A DNA stretch of 64,000 nucleotides from Epithemia pelagica (taxonomy: Eukaryota > Protista > Bacillariophyta): assembly GCA_946965045.2 (NCBI GenBank), contig OX337232.1:2976001-3040000 (forward strand), read 5' to 3'. Below are positions 1-11,982 of the stretch, piece by piece (position 1 is the first letter of the stretch; every line of letters starts with the position of its first letter). A program made the translations under genes and the position numbers. Under the pieces are notes generated by a model. That model saw nothing but the letters and a program-made list of their open reading frames with translations. It was not told the DNA's origin and did not search any database.

Positions 1-1
1 T

Positions 2-946
2 CTTACCAAACTAGTATCCGAAAACTTCAAAAAGCTGAGTCCGGAAGAACGCAAAAAATGGGACGATCGCGCCGAAAAAGATAAACAACGGTACAAGACG
101 GAAATGGCTTCGTACGAACCACCAGATGACGGTTCTGATGAAGAGGACGAGGCCCCCAAGAAAAAGGCAAAGAAAGATCCCAATGCACCCAAACGCGGCA
201 AGTCGTCGTATTTCTTTTACATGGATGCAATGCGCGACAAGGTCAAACAGGACAACCCTGAAGCCAGCTTTTCGGAAATTGGCAAACTCCTTGGTGCAGG
301 ATGGAAGAAACTCTCCAGCGATGAAAAGGCAAAGTATGAGAAAATGGCAGAAAAGGACAAGCAACGCTACCAAAAGGAAATGGCAGGATATACGAAACCA
401 GCTTCAGCAAGCCCCAAGAAAAAGGGAGTCCAAAAGAAGCAAAAAGATCCCAATGCTCCCAAACGAGCACAAAACGCTTTTCTGTTCTTCTCACAGGAAA
501 TGCGTCCCAAACTTAAACAAGAAGATCCCAAAATGGCCACAACAGAAGTCGGCAAGAAATTAGGTCAGTTATTCAAGGAACTGTCACCGTCGGCCAAGGA
601 AAAATACGAACGCAAGGCCGCGAAAGACAAGGAACGCTACAAGAGGTAAGTGCTGGGTAGATGGATGCGGTTTTGTGCGTGTGGGAAGGAATGCAATCTT
701 TACTAAAACCTTGATACTCCCTCTTTCTTCAGAGAGTTGGCGGCGTACAACAAATCCAAGTCCAAAGACGATGACGACGACGACGATGATGATGATGATG
801 ACGACGAAGAGGAGGAAGCGACACCACGGAAAACAAAGGGTAAAGCTTCAAAGGCGAAGCAGGAAGAAGACAGCGATGAAAGTGAAAGTTCCTCTGAGGA
901 TGATGACGGTGATAGTGATAGTGATGATGACGACGACGATGACTGA
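2..946 (+). CDS. Multi-HMG-box (HMGB/Nhp6-like) protein with acidic tail; 5' partial; intron 646..732
   Basis: Frame open from base 2 (..W DDRAEKDKQRYKTEM = end of one HMG box), then two KDPNAPKR-led HMG boxes. GTAAG donor at 646 and TTTCTTCAG acceptor at 732 join in frame (YKR-ELAAY) to a D/E-rich tail ending TGA at 946. Confidence 0.9.
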
Positions 947-1224
947 GCATATCCCCCGACGCTTCCTTGAATGAGTGTACTGTTGACATTCAGAGGTTGT
1001 TTCATGTATCCAAACAACGGCTTTCACCGAAATCTCCTTGAAAGGAACAACTTATTCAACCACGGTCATTTGGGCGATCACCACTTGAGGCCGTATGCTA
1101 ACATAGATGTAAATCATAGGGACAAAATATACTTGCTCAAAGCATTGAGTGATGTGGCTTAATTAGCGGATCTAGTAGAGTGCATCTAATGAACTTGGGG
1201 AATCAAAGCGAGGAATTGTTGGAT

Positions 1225-2022
1225 CTATTCCTGTTTTCGATATTTGCTGTCGCGCGAGAGAGCGGCCAGAACAGACAGATATTCGTTTTCGGCCAGGTCT
1301 ACCTTGACCATGGACCGATGTCCTTGTTGAATGGCTTTTGCATCTTCCTCAATAGCTTTGAGGTCACTGGAAAGCTCCTCGCTTAAACGACGCTTGCTAC
1401 GTGTCTGAATCAAATCCAGCGCCTTGTCTGGTTTGTCCTGTCGATACACATACATGGCGGCCAAGGAAACGGTTGCCGAATCGTAGTCCGGATCTTGTTC
1501 CAAGGCTTGTTTCCAGAGCGATTCAGCCTGTTCCTCCGCACGCTGTTTTTCACGTTGCAGAGCATATGATTTTCGTCTGGATGCTTGTTGAGATTTTTGT
1601 TTCGATGGCTTTCTGGTTGTTATATGGGATGCTTGCGTTGAGGCATTCTTGACATCTCGCTTGGACTCATGCTTGTGCTGTGGTTTGCTGTCAGGTTCTT
1701 CGGGTATGACTGGAAGGTTCCTTCGACTAGTGTGTTGGAGAGCCTGTAATCCTTGCTTGTGCAACTCAACAGCCGAATACGGGCACAACCAGCGATAGAT
1801 CTTGTGACCAATATAGGCCAAAAGCGCAGCCATGATGAGAAAAATAAAAATGGGAACAACAACGTCCCGAAAGAACCATTGTAATGTGACTTTCCATGCG
1901 CCCGATTCCACATATTCGCGAAGGGAATTGGAAATATCTTTCAAGGCCAGAATCATACCGGATCCTCGTGGTAAGGGTCGTTTGGAACACAAGGGTTGGG
2001 AATACGCAGCGTGTGGTCCACT

Positions 2023-2056
<34 letters not shown>

Positions 2057-2223
2057 GGTCCACCCAAGAAGGACGAAAAGACACCCTCTGGTGGTAGAGC
2101 CTCGTCATGGAAATTCATCATGGCGTTGGGTTTGACCTTTTCCATTCGATTCATCATTCCCCAAAACATGAATCCTTTTCGGACCACATTTTCGTTAGTG
2201 TCACAGCTGTTGTCGCCTCTCAT
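1225..2223 (-). CDS. Hypothetical protein with one TM helix and a TPR-like C-terminal helical region; start uncertain
   Basis: 332-aa ORF; hydrophobic VVVPIFIFLIMAALLAYIG; TPR-like AESLWKQALEQDPDYDSATVSLAAMY. Confidence 0.5.
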
Positions 2224-2974
2224 GCCTTGTCGTGGTCAGGAGTTTGAAACTATGAATGAAAATATGTCGTCTCTTTCGTGTGCTACCAAACAACCACGAG
2301 GACTGTTTGGATGTAGCGAATCAATGAAGCAGATCGCTGGTTCATTCCCAGATTTTTGTGGCGCCTACGGGCCATGTCGGAGCGCATGCAAGGGGAGAAG
2401 ACGGACGGTCTGTCATGCGATACTATATGGATTGGTGTACTTGTCGTGGCTTCGCGTGGAATCTGACCGGGCTGGCGCGAGCGCATCGCCAGGTTTGGGG
2501 GCAAGCCCCCCCCACGACCAGAAAGCTCTTGCTATTTTGGGTCTCGCATCCTTCCCCGGAACAAGACACTACACGACCATGACGAAAAAGAAAGGTGGTG
2601 GAGGAGTAATGTCCGATGAAGACATCTGTCGATGGACGTCCAGTCTACCGGATTCTGTCTTGTTGAAAGCCTTTGACAAACCCTTGGAAGAACAGCTCTC
2701 TAGTCTCTCAGTGGTGGAGAAGACGGGGTTGCGTGTTTGGTGGTTCAACCCCAATCAATGGCCGAGTTTGGACCGCCTCACCAAGCTCAAGTTTATTCGA
2801 TTCTTGTTGGAACACGCGTCGACGCAGCATCAAATTGCCGAAAAATTCCGAGCAACCGTCGTGGAAGTGGGCAAAACCTTGTGTGGGTACAATGCTGTCA
2901 AGGGCGCCTGTACCGCGGGGTGGGGTGGATTCTTTCATCATGGCAACAAAGCCACCACGGCCAATCACACGTGA
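2222..2974 (+). CDS. Hypothetical ORF, possibly frameshifted near its 3' end
   Basis: Distal part of a 380-aa ORF. The portion from MTKKKG (2579) looks protein-like; no recognised motif. Confidence 0.25.
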   Translation: MPCRGQEFETMNENMSSLSCATKQPRGLFGCSESMKQIAGSFPDFCGAYGPCRSACKGRRRTVCHAILYGLVYLSWLRVESDRAGASASPGLGASPPHDQKALAILGLASFPGTRHYTTMTKKKGGGGVMSDEDICRWTSSLPDSVLLKAFDKPLEEQLSSLSVVEKTGLRVWWFNPNQWPSLDRLTKLKFIRFLLEHASTQHQIAEKFRATVVEVGKTLCGYNAVKGACTAGWGGFFHHGNKATTANHT

Positions 2975-3549
2975 AGAACAAACTTCTCAACCTCATTGGA
3001 AAGACTGGAGTGAGAACGGAATCTCATGGAATTGAATGTGACATGCTCACTCGGACAGCAAGCCGTAGTCGTGAAACGTACCACTGTCAGCCACTCATCA
3101 AGACTTTGTGTTTGGACACATTCGGGGTCCAGACATTGCAGTTCTTCAGCATAATCGTTTCTTCTTTATACAGGTTTAATTTATGCCATTTAGCTTTACC
3201 GAAGTCTTTCTCATTGTCTTGGTTTTGTCAGCGAGTCCACTGTCTGTGCTTTCCAAATGTGAACAACAATATACTCCTAGAGGATCATCCATAGCAACCC
3301 CATCGTGGTAGTAGAGGTAGCGAGAATACAAGATCACGACCATCTGCACGCCTGCGATGCTTCTTTTGGTCTTGATATGGTCTTGTCAGAGCACACGTTC
3401 GGCCATGTCACAAACGCAATTGTGACGATCGATGAATTCGTCGCTTGACATCATGGAGACATGGAACTTTTGGAACATCATGAGAAAGACACAAAACCAA
3501 GAAGCCGAACCTTTTCGACATTTGACAACAACTCTCAAACGTCGAAACA

Positions 3550-6500
3550 ATGAACATGACAGCCAAAAAGCGACGAATCTCCTCTGCTTTGGAACATTGG
3601 AGGCCATCGACCAAGCTCTCCAACCTTCTACTGACCCTATGTCTCTTGCAAAAGGCCGGTGATTCCTTTTGTCCTCCACCATGTCCACGACAGGCACCAA
3701 GTTTCCAGTTCAGTCCCCAGCCGACAGAACTACCACGTTCAAGACACGGTGGAAGACTCTGGAACGCCTTTGCGACTCGGGAACAAACAACAACGCCGCC
3801 AGTTGGCACAGAGACGCGCGAATCGTCGTCGTCATCGTCTTTTCCCGAGGACAATTCTGCTCGACCCGAGGAGACCTTGTACCGAATTGATGCAGCCAGT
3901 AAAGCGTTGGAGGGTCAACTGATACAGTTGCAGACTCTCTCGGATAAGTTTGAACAATTTTTGATGCGACGGCAAGCCGAAGACTTGGCTGGAAAGGTCT
4001 CGTATGCCAGCGACAAGGAGCTCCAAGAGGCCGAACATCAAACAGCCATGTTTGTCCAACGAATGGAGAACGTCCAAAAGGAATTAGGGAGTATCAAACG
4101 TCAGTTACAGGAAAAACAGGACGAAAAGGAGCGTTTGTTGGCAGAGATTGCCCATCAGAAAACGCACATGGCAAATGAGAGACAACAGAGCCATGTACAA
4201 GACCAAAGTTGGTTGGAACATGCGAGTATGAATGTTGACGTTCAATCTCAACCAATCCAACAACCAATCCAAAATCCGATACAGCACCCAATCCAACAAC
4301 AAGAACAGCCAAGAGATCAAACAATACAAGAACCAGTACAGCAACTAGTACAAAATCCGATGCAGCAACCAATCCAACAACCAGAACAGCCAAGACAGCA
4401 ACCAATACAGCAAGTAGTACCAATTCCGATACAGCAACCAATCCAACAACCAGAACAGCCAAGACAGCAGCCAATACAACAACTAGTACAAAATCCGATA
4501 CAGCAGGCAGTACAGCAACCAATCCAACAACCAGAACTTTCAAGACAGCAACCAAAACAACAACTGGTGCAACAACCAGTACAACAAAGACAAGAGACAT
4601 TACAACCATTCTCATCCCTGACCGACTTGATGACACCCATGCCATACCTGATGAAGATTGCCGATAAAATTTCCGAAAGTAGTAGCCTTGGCGTACAACA
4701 ACTACTACAAAGTCCGATGCAGCAGGCAGTACAGCAACCAAGCCAACAACCAGAGCATTCAAGACAGGAACCAAAACAACAACTGGTGCAACAACCAGTA
4801 CAGCAAAGACAACAGAAGTCACAACCATTCTCATCCCTGACCGACTTGATGACACCCAAGCCATACCTGATGAATATTGCCAATAAAATTTCCGAAAGTA
4901 GTAGCATGGCCGGGCAACTCTTTGGAATAGTCAAGGAAGCCGCTGCTAATACTCAGTGGCCATCGGAATTCAATGCAGGTGATCAAACGACCGTGGCAAC
5001 AGAACAAAACGAGCCAAAAGATTCGGTCCAACGTCCCACAAAGGAGGTGGGTCAAATATTGGGAATCGTCAAGGATGCCGTTGCTACGAAATGGCCACCA
5101 GAATTTAAACCAGGAGATCAGCTGGCAGCAGCGAAACCGAAAGAGCCAAAGGATCCGGTCCATCCTCAAATGAAAGAAGTGGGCAAAGCATTGGGAATCT
5201 TCAAGAATGCCGATGCTGCCAAATGGCCATCTAAATTCATTCCACGAGATCGACCAACAACGAAAGAACCAAATGATCCGGTCCATTCTCAAATGAAAGA
5301 AGTGGGCAAAGCATTGGGAATCTTCAAGGATGCCGTTGCTACCAAGTGGCCCCTAGAATTCATTTCACGCGATAGACCAACAACGGCGAAGCAGGACGAG
5401 GCAAATTATCAGGTCCATCCTCAAATGAAGGAAGAGGGTCATGTATTGGGAATCTTCAATGATGCCGTTGCTACCAAGTGGCCCTCGGAGTTCAATGTAG
5501 GAGATCGGCCGGCAACGGCGAAACAGGACGAGGTAAAGGACTTGGTCCCACGTCCAATAAATGAAGTGGGTAAAGTATTGGGAATGGTCAAGGATGCCGT
5601 TGCTACCAAGTGGCCACCAGAATTCAATGTAGGAGATCAAACGATTGTGGCAACAGAACAAAACGAGCCTAAAGATTCGGTCCAACATCCCATAAAAGAG
5701 GTGGGTCAAATATTGGGAATCGTCAAGGATGCCGTTGCTATTACCCAGTGGCCATCAGAATTCAATCCAGGGGATCGACCGGTAGTAATAGCGGAACAAG
5801 AGCCAACGGATTTGGTCCCACCTCCAATAAAGGAAGTGGGCAAAGTATTGGGAGTCGTCAAGGATGCCGTTGCTACCAAGTGGCCCTCAGAATTCATTCC
5901 ACGAGATCGACCGAGACAAACAGCGAGACAAGATGAGCCACAGGATGAGCCAAAGGACTCGGTCGAACCTCCAATAAAGGAAGTGGGAACAGTATTGGGA
6001 ATCGTCAAGGAAGCAGTTGCTACCAAATGGCCATCGGAATTCAACCTAGGGGATCGACCGGTAGAAACAGCGAAACAGGAGCCAACGGATTCGGTTCAAC
6101 CTCAAATAAAGGAGAATCCAGTTGCTTACAAATGGCCATCGGAATTCAGTCTTCGAGATCGCTCTAAAGTGAACCGGAAGAAGGAGTCCAAGGCTCCGGC
6201 CAAAGTCCAGTCACTACGAAAGTTGGCGTGGCAAAAAACCTTTGAGATCATGCCGAATGTGTGTTACCGGAAATCACTCGTGTCTTTGCCAAAGCATATT
6301 ATCTTTCGAAAGAAGCTTTTCTTACACAAGAATCTACCCTCACCCATTGTTGTCCCATTGTCTTCTGTATTGGAAGAACGAGTTCGCCAAGAACGAATGC
6401 CGCTCTCCACAACCAATGCTCAGACCCCAACATTCTTTTGGTACATTCCCATGAAAGCATCAGCTGCAGCTCGCCGTCACCTCACAGAGATCACATTGTC

Positions 6501-7068
6501 CTTGTCGATCAAGAGGAGCTGTCCGTTTTACTTTCCACAACCACTGACGGCTCTACATCGTGGTATTGAGTGGGCGCAATGGTGGTGGCTGCCTCGGACG
6601 TCGTGGCCACAACTGTTGGAGGTGGATTCATGTGTCGGCCAATTTTTGCGGGTCTTGGACCATGACCGACTGAAATTTTTAAAATCTCACAACAACAACA
6701 TCGATGACGACGAACAGGAGACATCTAATCCATGGGACCAAATGGAGATATGGACCTTAAAGGACATACCGGACAATGCATCGATTTTATCTGTGGCCGA
6801 TAATGCTCGAAGGGCTTGGAATTGGGCTCAATGGCAGGGCTATACCACCTTGTCCTTTCTCGATCCGTTGCAAGGAGCACAGTCCTATTTTGTGGTACCT
6901 CCCGTCAAAAAACAACGACATCTGTGGATTCTTACCCAAGACACTTTCCGTAATAAACAAAGGTACGAGAGGTCAGAGATATTGCCGTGGACCTGGGATG
7001 AGCTACAGCGAGAGACTACTAGTGCGTCGGAGGAGACAAACACGGTGGAACTGGAGGTGATTTCATAA
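3550..7068 (+). CDS. Large hypothetical protein: coiled coil, Q/P-rich repeats, ten ~44-aa KWPSEF repeats
   Basis: Uninterrupted 1172-aa ORF with internal repeats visible in the translation. Confidence 0.8.
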   Translation: MNMTAKKRRISSALEHWRPSTKLSNLLLTLCLLQKAGDSFCPPPCPRQAPSFQFSPQPTELPRSRHGGRLWNAFATREQTTTPPVGTETRESSSSSSFPEDNSARPEETLYRIDAASKALEGQLIQLQTLSDKFEQFLMRRQAEDLAGKVSYASDKELQEAEHQTAMFVQRMENVQKELGSIKRQLQEKQDEKERLLAEIAHQKTHMANERQQSHVQDQSWLEHASMNVDVQSQPIQQPIQNPIQHPIQQQEQPRDQTIQEPVQQLVQNPMQQPIQQPEQPRQQPIQQVVPIPIQQPIQQPEQPRQQPIQQLVQNPIQQAVQQPIQQPELSRQQPKQQLVQQPVQQRQETLQPFSSLTDLMTPMPYLMKIADKISESSSLGVQQLLQSPMQQAVQQPSQQPEHSRQEPKQQLVQQPVQQRQQKSQPFSSLTDLMTPKPYLMNIANKISESSSMAGQLFGIVKEAAANTQWPSEFNAGDQTTVATEQNEPKDSVQRPTKEVGQILGIVKDAVATKWPPEFKPGDQLAAAKPKEPKDPVHPQMKEVGKALGIFKNADAAKWPSKFIPRDRPTTKEPNDPVHSQMKEVGKALGIFKDAVATKWPLEFISRDRPTTAKQDEANYQVHPQMKEEGHVLGIFNDAVATKWPSEFNVGDRPATAKQDEVKDLVPRPINEVGKVLGMVKDAVATKWPPEFNVGDQTIVATEQNEPKDSVQHPIKEVGQILGIVKDAVAITQWPSEFNPGDRPVVIAEQEPTDLVPPPIKEVGKVLGVVKDAVATKWPSEFIPRDRPRQTARQDEPQDEPKDSVEPPIKEVGTVLGIVKEAVATKWPSEFNLGDRPVETAKQEPTDSVQPQIKENPVAYKWPSEFSLRDRSKVNRKKESKAPAKVQSLRKLAWQKTFEIMPNVCYRKSLVSLPKHIIFRKKLFLHKNLPSPIVVPLSSVLEERVRQERMPLSTTNAQTPTFFWYIPMKASAAARRHLTEITLSLSIKRSCPFYFPQPLTALHRGIEWAQWWWLPRTSWPQLLEVDSCVGQFLRVLDHDRLKFLKSHNNNIDDDEQETSNPWDQMEIWTLKDIPDNASILSVADNARRAWNWAQWQGYTTLSFLDPLQGAQSYFVVPPVKKQRHLWILTQDTFRNKQRYERSEILPWTWDELQRETTSASEETNTVELEVIS
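4250..4905 (+). repeat. Coding QQP(I/V)QQ repeats plus a duplicated PFSSLTDLMTP.PYLM.IA.KISESSS block
   Basis: Seen directly in DNA and translation. Confidence 0.85.
4905..6150 (+). repeat. Coding tandem array, ~130-bp unit (EVGKVLGIVKDAVATKWPSEF..GDRP..), 10 copies
   Basis: Ten (K/Q)WP.(E/K)F cores at about 4955, 5090, 5221, 5347, 5477, 5609, 5748, 5878, 6025 and 6131. Confidence 0.9.
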
Positions 7069-10000
7069 ATGTCGTTGGTATGAGAGGGTAGAGATCTTGT
7101 CATGGACGGGGAGCGAGCGGCCGCAGGATACAAATACGGTAGGACTCGATGTGATTTCATAGTGTCATGGGGAATCGCCCTTCTTCCCAGTGACTGATGG
7201 CCAAACCAACGATTATCATGCTGCAATGATAGTTGATATGGATGTAACGATTGCTTGGAGCAGTCGTCACATAACATTGTATTCTTCATGGCAAGCTTTG
7301 TTCATTCGTTTTACAGGACACAACAACGAGAGGGTGACCATGAGTCGATACACTGTAGGTGTCTCTGTAACAAAAGCGATTCATAAATGTATATGCACAC
7401 CGTAGAGTTGACTATTTCCTTAGCTTAGTTAGCACATTCAGGGAACATTGTGGCAAGGAGCTCACTCAACTGAACTAGGTACCGGTTGATCTTCAGGTGA
7501 CTGCTTCACTAGGGCTTACCGTTCTCCCGTGTCATTGTCTTTCGCTGTGGATATTGCAAGTATTCTCTACATGCGACATTTTCTGCAGTAAATCTAGCGT
7601 CACCCTGAATCGTTTGGTTTGGTAAAAGGTAGGAGCTCAGCATGTCCAATGGATGATGTTGTTCTTCAATCGATGCAGCACTGCGTCGTCCATGATCTTT
7701 GCCTGGCAAAGACAGCCTCGTTTGACAAGATAATCGATGACAAAGTACGTCACCATGAGCTCCTTCAGACGCGCTGTCGTTGCACGATCGACACACACAG
7801 CAACGCATCATCCATATGATCTTACATCTTACTCCCTGTCACATACAACAAGATGACGCTCTTTCGATGGGGGAATGACGCACCCAATGCCGACTTGGAT
7901 CAACTTTTAGTGTTGTTTTTGAGAATGGGGACGAGGGAGGCAAGATTCGGTGAAAGCAACGCATCGTCATCGACTTTTTGTGCCTTTGCGAGAGATAGCT
8001 GTCAAATACAATACAATGATTGACGGTGTTCGTGGCAGTTCGTGGATGGGAACTGCGTCACGATAAAATCGTCGAACAAAATGCCGTTCGACGTTGGCGA
8101 AGATGCACCGCATCATTCATCCAGAGCAGCTGACACATACAGCTGGAGGATGCTTCTTCCGTGGTGGAGCGGCAAAGGAGCCCGATCAACTTTTGGTGGT
8201 GATTTGTGAAAATGGGGACTAGAAGGAAAGGCACGATTCGATCCCCCTGGAAAGAGGATACACTGGATACTCACTGCTGCTGGAGCATGGGGCACCAGCG
8301 TCCCGAGGAGATGCGAATTTATGTTCCCAACAATGATAGTGTTCTAGTTCTAGAGGAGTAAAATAGATGTGGCTCGCAATGATTCTTCGATCGACGGTTC
8401 CGATTCCCGCCCGGCGCCGCCGCCCCCCACGACCGCTCTTTTTCATATTATTCTTATTTGTCTACAATAGCCTGACTCATAGTGTGTATTATTATGTCGA
8501 TCGGACAACTTCCTCCTCGGACCACATTTTGATATAATATGCGAAATCCGAATAGACGATTGACAATGGGATTGAGCAGACAAAAAGCGAATTGCCAGTA
8601 GGCAGTAGGATCCAGTTTCCAGTGTGGGTGAAGTTGACGGTTATGATGATATTGGTAGTAACATCATTCAGCGAATTGGTATGTAGAGTATAGGTAATTA
8701 GTATTCGTAATTCGTCGATCTGGGATTGGGGCTGGTTGCTGGTGATCTGAGATCGACATATCGTTAGACATTATCAATATCTTTGTGCTTTCGGATCTCT
8801 TGTTGATGAGCTTTTGATCGGAAATCGGAAAGCAGAAAGCACAACAAACAACAATAACATGCCGAAGTTAGTACAGCAGTGACATGTTTTTGCTTGTGAA
8901 TTATGTGTCTCTAATCATTGATTCTTTACCAATTACCAATACGTCGAGGATTGACAGAATGAAATCAATGATAGCGACGATGTCTCGTAAAAACGGCTTG
9001 AAATTGAGTGGTGGACTCTCAATATGGAAGAGACAGGACAGATATTTTCATTGATCCCTGCACAAATCCATCATTCTTTCTGTGAAACCGAGACCGATTT
9101 GCAAGGATAAGCAGAATGAATCCTCACGTTCTCCATGCGTGCAATACACATGTAAAGGATGAAAAATGAACCGTGCGCTGTCGGTGTCTGGCACTCGAGA
9201 TACATCAGTGTTCGTATCAAGTACTCGCTTCTGTTCATCGATGCTCTCGGTGTTTGTAATCGGAATCCCCCAAAATCAAAACTGGACAACTCATAAAATT
9301 TACTTATTCGTCTAAGTACTCATACCAAGTCATTTAAGCAAATCCGAGCTTCTTTGAGGGCTTTAACAATGTTGTAAGAATCTCCTTAGAAGGCTATTAT
9401 GTTTCAAACGTTGGAGGCGATGCGCATTTCGCTAATTTCTGGTAGGACGTGAGATGCTATCATATTTTTACTATTGCTCATTGGTATCTCTGGTGGCAGG
9501 CTTAATTATTTTGAAATGTGGGTCTAAGTATTCTTTCTGAATGGTAACGGAGGGCAATTACAGTACAAGTATTAAGCTCATCTTCTCCAAAACCGACTCC
9601 TCGATCCGTCCTCACAAAACGTTTTCACGTTGTTCTCTCCAGTTTTTCACCGATGGACAACTCGAAGCGTAAAACAAACATGTGTAAGACATGAAGCACA
9701 TGATCCCCCAGCTCATCTTGTTTAAGCTCACTGCGACCAGAACAACCTCTTGTAATCCGCTCGAACTTTATTGATGGGCCTTGTACTCTGAATGGCTGGC
9801 CCTGCTGACAATCGCAGCGCCCAGAAACATGTGTAAGACACAACACACATGAATGGACCAAGACACTTGAGTTTGTTCCGGAAGATGTAGCGTCCCGTAA
9901 AGACGAGAATTCTCAGGAGTGGAAAGCCTGAAGCCTGAATGGACAGTTTTGTTCGGAAGATTCGTTCTATGATTTTACTCCGTTATAACAGATAACAGAT

Positions 10001-10172
10001 ATCAGTACTACTTTATCCGCAACCCACAACAAGCGCCCACGTTCCCGTTGGTGTTCCTATAGTGTACCATGATTGTAGAGCTAGTTAGGCCTTACTACCT
10101 CGTTGAGAACCACCTGTCGGATGAGATCAGAGACTTCCAGATTGTTTGTCTTTTGTCATTTTCAAAGAAACC

Positions 10173-11162
10173 ATGACTTGGGAAGGCGCAAACCAGTTTA
10201 AGTATGAGGGCTGGGATGTTCACGAAGACGACCACACGAAGACTTGCAAGGCCACGAAAAGTCTGATTGGTCGAGAGGAACCTCTTGAGCTAAGTTTGGA
10301 GGTATGCCATGGACCGATTGCGTACCAAGGCTCTTGGCCAAGAGAGGTCCCCAGTACATGGCCCAAAACCATTCTGACCGGCTCGTGCATCTACTCAGAC
10401 TGCTGGAAGGTACAGTTTGCTTCCCACAGTCCCAAGCAAGCACCTCCAAGAGCATTAATTCTGGGATTGGAACGTGATCGGGAAAAGATTCGAAAGTACC
10501 TGGAACGAGGCCGAGCAATCGTCCATGTTGATGTCCCAACCAAGCTTTGCGGGTATCAAGAAAAACTGTTGGCTTGGCAAGTAGCCTCAGTTGCGGAAAT
10601 GCCCAACGTTGAAACTGTTCGATACCATTTGCCGGTTTCGGTGTATCATTCCTTCATTGATGATTTTGAGAAAGCTTCGTCCAAGCAGCTACACTTTATG
10701 CACCTGATGCTAGATGACTACGCTGACATGTACAAGCAACGTGTAGGTGAAGAATTTGCTGCAATTGGACAGAATGTCACATTCTATGACCCTACGCACG
10801 ACCAAGATGGTAATGTCCTTGATGCCCATGGCGCGGACCAAGCTCCTTATTTGGAAGCGGTGAACGAAGACCATGTCATGGGGTTGGAGGACCTAGCCCA
10901 GCTATCTATATCTGCTATCGTTGCCGAGAAAACGGGCATCACGATTCCATGCCGTGTCGGTGTACTTGGGTTGCCCCACCCAATCAAAACCTGTGCGGGC
11001 GCTTTTTGTAGCTGCCAAAGCTTTTCGGGGAACGATTCGAACCTTGCGTGTGTTCCTTGCCAGCCTATGGAACATGCGGGTTCGCCATCAGAGCCAACAT
11101 CGCTCAACGATAAGGTGGAGAGGATTTCCATTATTGGAAATGTCGGAATTAAGGGATATTGA
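10173..11162 (+). CDS. Hypothetical globular protein (~329 aa)
   Basis: Long ORF of normal composition, first ATG at 10173; no family recognised. Confidence 0.6.
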   Translation: MTWEGANQFKYEGWDVHEDDHTKTCKATKSLIGREEPLELSLEVCHGPIAYQGSWPREVPSTWPKTILTGSCIYSDCWKVQFASHSPKQAPPRALILGLERDREKIRKYLERGRAIVHVDVPTKLCGYQEKLLAWQVASVAEMPNVETVRYHLPVSVYHSFIDDFEKASSKQLHFMHLMLDDYADMYKQRVGEEFAAIGQNVTFYDPTHDQDGNVLDAHGADQAPYLEAVNEDHVMGLEDLAQLSISAIVAEKTGITIPCRVGVLGLPHPIKTCAGAFCSCQSFSGNDSNLACVPCQPMEHAGSPSEPTSLNDKVERISIIGNVGIKGY

Positions 11163-11982
11163 TGAACTTCTTCAGACTTGACAACTCAAGTTATGGAGTA
11201 GAATTAACTGATAGATCATCGTTAGGGTTAGACGAGACTAGGCGCTTCTCCCCGCATCCAAGGGTTAGATGAGTTTGAACCTGACATTTTCGCTTCGGAT
11301 TTGGACACGGTGATCATATGCATCCATAATACGAATTGTCTCTCCGAAATTTCCCAGATTCATCATAGAAGCGGTTCGGGATAAGGACGTCCTAGAAGGA
11401 CAACAATTCGCTTTTGCGGACTACTCCAGAACTATACTACCACGGATAAACAAATCGATAGTTTAGCTGGCTCTTGAGGAATACCACAAGACGACCATAG
11501 TCTCCTTGATTGCGCTTACGAGTCGGCGTGAGGTCATGGAGGTTGTCACGATAGCCTACAAAGAGAACAAGCGCAAGTGCGAAACGAGACTTTCCTAACT
11601 ACCTGGGTTTACTTCATTTTTTAGTATTGGACAAAGGGAGCAACTGTAAGACTGATCTCCTCGATTCAGGCGGTATCACTTCCTGCTGTTCAGCGTATCC
11701 CTGACGAACTTCGGCTTCGTACGTCACAGTCGGACCAGTTTATGTTGATAAACAAACGAAGTCAGCTTCTCTGTTCATGCACTGCATCCCATGCCACGGA
11801 CCTGGTCTTCGGCGTACATTAAGATTAATCGAGGAAAGGTCCATGAGCGATCATTGCACATTTGAAGATACCGGCAAGTCCCGTACTGACGCTTCTTTTA
11901 GGGTGAACTCTCATAGGGCCACGATAGCTTCGTGTGAAGCTAGCAGTCTTCAGCAATAATGGCGTGGCTTGAGGGATGGTCG

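Noticed and set aside
1832-2223. Genuine overlapping antisense genes
   Set aside because: The overlap is low-complexity (GTC)n sequence lacking stops, and both ORFs have plausible starts outside it.
4094-4934. Long antisense V/L-rich and Cys-rich ORFs
   Set aside because: Shadow frames of the Q/P repeat on the + strand; likewise the shadow ORFs over 16461..18900 and 32190..33700.
7860-8240. Degenerate direct repeat (GATCAACTTTT..AATGGGGAC)
   Set aside because: About 50 bp and diverged, with no associated ORF or termini; similar small duplications at 9676/9825, 34374/34595 and 38149/38176 look like local slippage.
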